DNA of 64,000 nucleotides from Terriglobia bacterium (lineage in GTDB: Bacteria; Acidobacteriota; Terriglobia; Bryobacterales; Bryobacteraceae): NCBI GenBank assembly GCA_963799755.1, contig CAWCYQ010000015.1, positions 11,139-75,138 of the forward strand, read 5' to 3'. Below are positions 58,294 to 64,000 of this stretch, piece after piece (positions within the stretch are counted from its first letter, which is position 1; each line of letters begins with the position of its first letter). The notes beneath the pieces are model-generated. The model did no database searches, was not told where the DNA came from, and worked only from the letters and a program-made list of their open reading frames with translations. The position numbers and the translations under genes are program-made.

Positions 58294-60231
58294 ATGACGC
58301 CTGCTTCCGACGCGGTTTTGCGACCGGCGATTCAGTCTAGTTCGAGACTGAGAGTATCTGCCATACGCTACGCCCTCTCGGTGGCTGCACTGAGCATCCC
58401 GATGGGGATCACGGTTGCCCTGAAAAGCCATCCAAATCTCAATCCAATCATCAGTGCATCGTTCGTGATCGCGGTCTCCGGCGCCGCTTGGTGGGCTGGA
58501 GTTTGGGCAGGAATTCTGCTCAGCTGCCTGACCATACCGGCCCTCACTCTTGCGGCAACCAGTGGCAAGATGTGGCTGCCCCCGCACATCGACTTCATCG
58601 GACTGGCGATCTTCTGGTTCATCTCTTTCCTGGTTGCCCAGGTGGCGAGCCATCGGAGAGAGACAGAACGAGTGCTGCGCGATGCCAATGCAGAGCTTGA
58701 GGCGAAGGTGCAGGAGAGAACTGCCGACCTCCGAAGAGCGAGCAGCATTATTCAAGACCGGCTCGCCGAGCTCGAATTGCTGTATTCGCAGCTCCCGGTC
58801 GGGATCTGCTTCCTCGATAAGAATCTCTGCTATCTGCGAATCAATGGGAAGCTCGCCGCGATTAACCGAACCTCTGTTGCGGATCATCTTGGCCGTTCGC
58901 TAAGGGACGTCATGCCCGGGCCCAGAGCTGACGTACTGGAGCCGCTGTATCGAAGCGTACTTACAACTGGAGCGCCCATGATTGGCTTCGAATTATCGGA
59001 AAGCCAGTCTGACGAGGCCGATCTGGGAACAACATGGCTGATCGATTGTTGTCCTGCGAGAACCGCAGGCGGTTTTATCCTCGGCGTGCAGGTGATCGTG
59101 CAGGACATTACGGAGCGGAAGCGATCTGAACGATCCCTGCTACGGGCACATGTCGAACTTGCAAGACACGAACGGGAGTTCCGTAACGTGGTGAACGCCA
59201 TCCCGCAGATCTGTTGGGTGTCAAACCCGGATGGGTCCGTTGCCTGGTACAACGACCGGTGGTTTGAGTACACGGGAATCAGACACGACCGTCCTAAAGC
59301 TTGGGAGCCGCAAATTCCGGATGAGGTTCTTCCGGCGGTATTACAGAAATGGAAGGACTCAGTGCATGGCCGGCAGGGTTTTGATATGGAAATCCCTATC
59401 CGAGGCGCCAACGGCCAGTATCGATGGTTTTTAACACGAACCGTCGCCATTTATGACGAGTCGGGAGAGATTTGTCAATGGTTCGGCACCTCGACGGATA
59501 TCGATGATCTGAAGCGCTCTCGTGAAGCGCTAATCGCGCGCGAGAAGGAACTGCAGCGTGCAAACGCCGACTTGCAGCAGTTTGCGTACTCGGCATCGCA
59601 TGACCTACAGGAGCCGATCCGAACAGTAGCGGTCTATAGCCAAATGCTCGAGAGGCGTTACGGCTCGCAACTCGAAGGCGATGCCAGCAAGTTTCTCAGT
59701 TTCGTGGAGGGAGGCGCGAAACGCATGGAGAAGCTCGTGAAGGACCTTCTCCTATACCTGGAAACTGCGCATCTCAACGAACGAGTCTCAGAAAGCACCG
59801 AGAGTGGCGATGCGCTAGGCGGCGCGCTGGCAAACTTGAGCGCCACGCTGGAAGCAACGCAAGCGCAGATATCGAAGGATGCGCTCCCGGCAGTGCGAAT
59901 TCGCAGAACGCATTTAGAGCAGGTGTTTCAAAATCTTCTGAGTAACTCCCTCAAATACCGCAGTGCCGAACGCCCGAAGATCCATATTGCCGCGGAAAGA
60001 CAAGACCATCACTGGGTTTTCTCGGTTCAAGACAACGGCATTGGTATCGATCCCGCGTATAAGGAGCGCATCTTTGGCATCTTCAAACGTTTACATACAG
60101 CCGACAAATACTCAGGCACTGGCATTGGATTGTCAATTTGCCAGCGTGTTATTGAGCGATACGGAGGACGAATATGGGTCGACTCCGAATTGGGACGGGG
60201 ATCTACCTTCTTCTTCGCCATCCCGGAGTAA
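58294..60231 (+). CDS. membrane PAS-domain sensor histidine kinase
   Basis: N-terminal TM bundle, two PAS/PAC regions, HisKA FAYSASHDLQEPIRTV, and HATPase motifs QNLLSNSLKY, DNGIGI, GTGIGLSICQ. Confidence 0.85.
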   Translation: MTPASDAVLRPAIQSSSRLRVSAIRYALSVAALSIPMGITVALKSHPNLNPIISASFVIAVSGAAWWAGVWAGILLSCLTIPALTLAATSGKMWLPPHIDFIGLAIFWFISFLVAQVASHRRETERVLRDANAELEAKVQERTADLRRASSIIQDRLAELELLYSQLPVGICFLDKNLCYLRINGKLAAINRTSVADHLGRSLRDVMPGPRADVLEPLYRSVLTTGAPMIGFELSESQSDEADLGTTWLIDCCPARTAGGFILGVQVIVQDITERKRSERSLLRAHVELARHEREFRNVVNAIPQICWVSNPDGSVAWYNDRWFEYTGIRHDRPKAWEPQIPDEVLPAVLQKWKDSVHGRQGFDMEIPIRGANGQYRWFLTRTVAIYDESGEICQWFGTSTDIDDLKRSREALIAREKELQRANADLQQFAYSASHDLQEPIRTVAVYSQMLERRYGSQLEGDASKFLSFVEGGAKRMEKLVKDLLLYLETAHLNERVSESTESGDALGGALANLSATLEATQAQISKDALPAVRIRRTHLEQVFQNLLSNSLKYRSAERPKIHIAAERQDHHWVFSVQDNGIGIDPAYKERIFGIFKRLHTADKYSGTGIGLSICQRVIERYGGRIWVDSELGRGSTFFFAIPE

Positions 60232-60262
60232 AGCTCCTTCCGAGAGACGCCCTTTAATTGTT

Positions 60263-60649
60263 GTGATCGAGGATAATCCGCCCGATGTTCTTCTGGTTGC
60301 GGAGGCCCTTTCGGAACACGGGTTGCAGGTCGAGGTGGAAAACCTCCGGGATGGGGAACAAGCAATTCGCTTCATCGAGATGCTAGATAGCGATGACGGT
60401 ATTCCTTGTCCGGAGTTGTTCCTTGTCGACCTAAATATTCCAACCAGCAACGGCGAGGAAGTTCTCACACAGATTCGACGCAGTAAACGATGCGCGACAA
60501 CGCCGGTGGTCATCATCACATCGTCCAATTCTCTTCGTGATCGGCAGACTGCAGAACGCCTCGGAGCAAATCATTACTTCTGCAAACCCACAGACCTCGA
60601 TGATTTCATGAAGCTGGGTGAAATCGTGCGGAAGCTAATGAGGGGGTGA
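60263..60649 (+). CDS. single-domain CheY-like response regulator (Rcp1-like)
   Basis: Motifs PLIVVIEDNPPDVLL, FLVDLNIP, PVVIITSS and YFCKP. The conserved beta-1 strand begins upstream of the first canonical start (GTG 60263), so the true start is unresolved. Confidence 0.7.
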   Translation: MIEDNPPDVLLVAEALSEHGLQVEVENLRDGEQAIRFIEMLDSDDGIPCPELFLVDLNIPTSNGEEVLTQIRRSKRCATTPVVIITSSNSLRDRQTAERLGANHYFCKPTDLDDFMKLGEIVRKLMRG

Positions 60650-60900
60650 GACCCTGGGGCTTCGTCGAGGCCAAGCGACTGCCGCCCCCCAAACCGGCAC
60701 GCGATCATTCCGGGCATTAGGAGATTCCGGCCGGCCGTAGGCTCGTTTTGCCTCCTACCTGAATAGTCTCCGGAGAGGGTGAGCTTCTTACACTCTGGTC
60801 CGGTGAACGGCATGAGTTTCCTGAAGGGTCCGGTGTCTCTCACCGTACGAAAAACAGAGGCGTCGGCCACTCTGTTTTAAGCTAAGAGTAAGGTTCCATA

Positions 60901-61653
60901 TTGAGCACTACAAGTGCGATCCGGGCTCAGTCTCTGACTAAGAAGTTTCGCTCGGGAGAGGCGGAAGTCACTGTCTTCGATGAGCTTAGTCTGGAGGTGT
61001 GCCGGGGGGAGCGGCTGGCGATCATAGGCGAGTCGGGGGCTGGAAAATCCACGCTTTTGCACCTCCTGGGCGGTTTGGACCGTCCTACTAGTGGGGGAAT
61101 TTACTACGAAGGACGGGATATAGCCGGTCTGGACGAGCAGGCTCTGGCCCGGTTTAGAAACCGTGAACTTGGGTTTGTTTGGCAAAATCCGTCGCTTTTG
61201 CCCGAGTTTTCGGCCTTGGAGAACGTGTCAATGCCGCTGCTGATACGCGGCGTGGAGCCAACACGGGCGGCTAAGACGGCTTTGGAGCGGCTTGAGGAAG
61301 TGGGTTTGGGCGTGCGGGCGAGTCACCGTCCGGGCGAGCTCTCAGGAGGAGAGCAACAGCGCGTGGCGCTGGCCAGGGCCCTGGTGGCGAATCCGAAAGT
61401 ACTGCTGGCAGACGAGCCGACGGGCAGCCTGGATTTTAGAACCGGAGAAATGATAGGGAGCTTGTTGGCCGAGCTACATGAAAGCCACAAGCTGACTTCG
61501 GTGTTTGTTACCCACAATCTTCCTTTCGCAACTCGTTGCGATCGGGTGTTAGAGATGAAAAAGGGATTCCTGCATCAGCCATCGGAGATGGAATTGCAAG
61601 GAATCGGAGTAATGCAGGACGCAACCCGTCCTGGCGGTGGCACTTATGTTTGA
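60901..61653 (+). CDS. lolD: LolD-like ABC transporter ATP-binding protein
   Basis: Motifs GESGAGKSTLLHLLGGLD, FRNRELGFVWQ...LLPEFSALENV, LSGGEQQRVALARAL and LLADEPTG. TTG start. Confidence 0.7.
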   Translation: MSTTSAIRAQSLTKKFRSGEAEVTVFDELSLEVCRGERLAIIGESGAGKSTLLHLLGGLDRPTSGGIYYEGRDIAGLDEQALARFRNRELGFVWQNPSLLPEFSALENVSMPLLIRGVEPTRAAKTALERLEEVGLGVRASHRPGELSGGEQQRVALARALVANPKVLLADEPTGSLDFRTGEMIGSLLAELHESHKLTSVFVTHNLPFATRCDRVLEMKKGFLHQPSEMELQGIGVMQDATRPGGGTYV

Positions 61654-64000
61654 AAGATATACCGAAAAGGCTCGGCGCGTGATCTTCTTCGCAAGGTACG
61701 AAGCGAGCCAGTTCGGAAGTCCCTATATTGAGACCGAGCATCTGCTTTTGGGTCTCTTGCGGGAAGACAAGGCTCTCGCGAATCGCTTCCTGCGATCCCA
61801 CGCCGCGATCGAATCGATTCGTAAGCAGATCGAAGCGCATACGACGGCGCGGGAGAAGGTTTCGACCTCCGTCGATCTGCCGCTTAGCCACGAATGCAAG
61901 CGGGTGCTCGCCTATGGAGCGGAAGAAGCGGAACGGTTGAGCCACAAACATATAGGAACCGAGCATCTGATGCTCGGCCTGCTGCGCGAGGAGAAGAGTT
62001 TTGCCGCCGAGATCCTGCACGAGCGCGGGTTGCGGCTCTCGGCTGTGCGCGAGGAGATAGCCCGCTCCGCCTCGGAAAAGACGTCGACGAGCAGGCCGAA
62101 AGAAAGCTCGCTGCTGGCGGAATTCAGTCGGGATTTGACCCAGGCGGCGGTCGACGGAATGCTCGACCCGCTGATCGGCCGCGATTCGGAATTAGACCGC
62201 GTGGTGCAGATCCTGTGCCGCCGGACCAAGAACAATCCCGTGCTGATCGGTGAGCCCGGCGTAGGCAAAACGGCCATTGTGGAAGGCCTGGCGCAGCGTA
62301 TTGCCGACGGCGATGTGCCTTCTTTTCTTTCTGATAAGCGTATTTTGGCGCTGGATCTTTCGCTCATCGTGGCGGGCACCAAGTATCGCGGGCAGTTCGA
62401 GGAACGGTTGAAAACCATCATGAAGGAGCTGATGGATAACCAGAATGCCATCATCTTCATCGACGAACTGCACACGCTGGTGGGCGCAGGGTCGGCCGAA
62501 GGGTCGCTCGACGCCGCCAACATTCTGAAACCGGCGCTCTCTCGCGGCGAAATTCAGTGTATCGGTGCAACGACACCCTCCGAATACCGCAAGTCGATTG
62601 AAAAGGACCGCTCGCTGGAGCGCCGTTTCCAAGCCGTGAAGGTTCCTCCACCCAGCGAAACCGACGCGATCCGGATTCTTTTCGGGATCAAGGAACGCTA
62701 TGAGAAGTTCCACGCGGTTGCCTACACAGACGAGGCCATCGAATCCGCGGTCTACACCTCTACCAGGTTCATTCCTGACCGTTTCCTGCCGGATAAGGCC
62801 ATCGACCTGATCGATGAAGCCGGCGCGCGGGTCAAACTGCGCCAGACTACCCTGCCGAGCGAAGTGGCGGACATCCAGAAGCGCATCAAGTTCATCGTGC
62901 ACCGCATGGAGAACGCCATTGCCAACCACGAGTTCGAAAAAGCTCGATTCTATTCCGATGAAGAGCGCAAGGAACGCGAAAATCTACGCGTTCTCCGCGA
63001 GAAGTACAACCTCGACGATACGTCTACCGGCGTGGTCTCGAAAGATGACATCGAAGACGTGGTAGCGCGGTGGACCGGGGTCCCGATGACCTCGATTAAG
63101 GAAGAAGAGATTAATAAGCTTCTCCGGATCGAGGAGGAATTGCATAAACGCGTGATCAGCCAGGAAAAGGCTATTTCGGCGCTATCGAGAGCCATTCGCC
63201 GTTCGCGCGCAGGCCTGAAATCGCCCAAACGGCCGGCTGGATCGTTCCTTTTCCTGGGACCGACCGGCGTGGGCAAGACAGAGGTCGCCCGGGCGCTGGC
63301 GGATTTCCTTTTCGGCAGCGAGAAGTCTCTGATTCGATTCGACATGTCGGAGTTTATGGAGAAGCACTCCATCTCGAAGCTGATTGGCTCGCCTCCCGGC
63401 TATGTCGGCTATGAGGAGGGAGGCCAGCTCACCGAGCGTGTGAAACGCGCCCCCTATTCGATCATTCTGCTGGATGAGATCGAAAAGGCGCATCCCGACA
63501 TTTACAACATTCTGCTGCAGGTGTTTGAGGATGGCCAGTTGACGGATGGCCTCGGTAATACGGTCGACTTCAAAAACACGATCATCATCATGACCTCCAA
63601 TTTGGGGGCGAGATTCCTCGATAAGCGCGGCCAGATCGGCTTTTCTTCGGAGCTGACAACCGGCATTCCTCAAAAGGTTGAGGACCAGGTGATGGGAGAG
63701 GTGAAGCGGGCATTTAATCCGGAGTTCCTCAATCGCCTGGACGAAGTCATTCTCTTTACCTCACTGGTCGATGAGGATCTGATCAAGATCATGGAGCTGC
63801 TGGTCGAACAGATCAACGCCAACCTGGTCTCAAAACAGATGCGCATACGCCTGGAACCGGAAGCGGCGAAATACATTCTGGATAAAACCTGCATCGACCG
63901 GAGCTACGGGGCACGACCGTTGCGGCGCGCGCTGCAGAAATATATCGAAGACCCGCTATCGGAAGCTCTGATACAGGGTACGATTCCTCGTCCTGCGGAG
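61646..64000 (+). CDS. clpC: ClpC-type AAA+ chaperone (Clp protease ATP-binding subunit), 3' end beyond the window
   Basis: This gene is not in the ORF track because it has no stop in the window. It has a Clp_N repeat ([16 protein letters not shown]...TEHLLLGLL twice). Walker A motifs are GEPGVGKT and [12 protein letters not shown]-like segment [15 protein letters not shown] is present, and the sensor motif is GARPLRR. The ATG at 61646 overlaps the lolD stop by 8 nt. Confidence 0.9.
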   Translation, partial: MFERYTEKARRVIFFARYEASQFGSPYIETEHLLLGLLREDKALANRFLRSHAAIESIRKQIEAHTTAREKVSTSVDLPLSHECKRVLAYGAEEAERLSHKHIGTEHLMLGLLREEKSFAAEILHERGLRLSAVREEIARSASEKTSTSRPKESSLLAEFSRDLTQAAVDGMLDPLIGRDSELDRVVQILCRRTKNNPVLIGEPGVGKTAIVEGLAQRIADGDVPSFLSDKRILALDLSLIVAGTKYRGQFEERLKTIMKELMDNQNAIIFIDELHTLVGAGSAEGSLDAANILKPALSRGEIQCIGATTPSEYRKSIEKDRSLERRFQAVKVPPPSETDAIRILFGIKERYEKFHAVAYTDEAIESAVYTSTRFIPDRFLPDKAIDLIDEAGARVKLRQTTLPSEVADIQKRIKFIVHRMENAIANHEFEKARFYSDEERKERENLRVLREKYNLDDTSTGVVSKDDIEDVVARWTGVPMTSIKEEEINKLLRIEEELHKRVISQEKAISALSRAIRRSRAGLKSPKRPAGSFLFLGPTGVGKTEVARALADFLFGSEKSLIRFDMSEFMEKHSISKLIGSPPGYVGYEEGGQLTERVKRAPYSIILLDEIEKAHPDIYNILLQVFEDGQLTDGLGNTVDFKNTIIIMTSNLGARFLDKRGQIGFSSELTTGIPQKVEDQVMGEVKRAFNPEFLNRLDEVILFTSLVDEDLIKIMELLVEQINANLVSKQMRIRLEPEAAKYILDKTCIDRSYGARPLRRALQKYIEDPLSEALIQGTIPRPAE

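Noticed and set aside
60780-60850. A GGTCCGG-containing sequence reminiscent of the SRP (4.5S) RNA domain IV, and a possible small RNA between the response regulator and lolD.
   Set aside because: The conserved GGAA tetraloop context and the symmetric-loop motifs are not present, and no convincing long helix could be drawn. Only the 9-bp direct repeat is noted.
1-64000. A search by eye for CRISPR arrays, tRNA genes (T-loop GGTTCGAATCC-type motifs), rRNA, reverse transcriptases, and integrase or toxin-antitoxin pairs.
   Set aside because: No regularly spaced repeats, no tRNA-like cloverleaf candidates outside coding regions, and no RT or integrase motifs were seen. Absence cannot be proven without tRNAscan/Infernal/HMM runs.

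Overview
This is a 64-kb GC-rich chromosomal segment with about 50 protein genes. I found no tRNA, rRNA or CRISPR array. The gene content looks like Acidobacteriota: a CarboxypepD_reg-type TonB-dependent receptor, PadR, HTH-TolB-propeller regulators and many Tat-exported or secreted glycan enzymes. That taxonomic call is inference only, since no search could be run.

Main blocks, in order:
1. 741-8638: a cell-wall and Ser/Thr-signalling operon (FhaA-like, PP2C phosphatase, Hanks kinase, a fused SEDS + class-B PBP, and a second FhaA-like gene).
2. 10221-14440: an ABC ATPase plus an ABC-2 permease fused in frame to a cytochrome c / PQQ beta-propeller.
3. 14737-17171: treS-like and GNAT genes.
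4. 17178-21571: a 4.37-kb insertion bounded by a perfect 21-bp direct repeat. It carries dcm, a candidate restriction endonuclease, vsr, a P63C-like pseudogene and a 0.5-kb tract that is almost free of C on one strand.
5. 22019-38740: housekeeping and accessory genes, including nfo and leuS.
6. 38750-46345: a TonB receptor / isomerase / glycoside hydrolase locus with an IclR-HTH::sugar-binding regulator.
7. 47207-48782: an IS110-family element inserted into one copy of a repeated intergenic element, with a candidate bridge RNA.
8. 55336-58178: arsR-arsM-acr3-arsC.
9. 58294 to the window end: a PAS histidine kinase with a CheY-like regulator, then lolD and a partial clpC.

No complete known defence system other than the m5C restriction-modification module was recognised. 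The three most unusual signals are the C-depleted tract, the permease::PQQ fusion and the SEDS::PBP fusion.

Major caveat: nine reading-frame breaks in seven genes can each be repaired by adding or removing one base. Eight of them map to short homopolymers or dinucleotide repeats. These are probably assembly errors rather than biology. All family assignments come from motifs read by eye, not from database searches.
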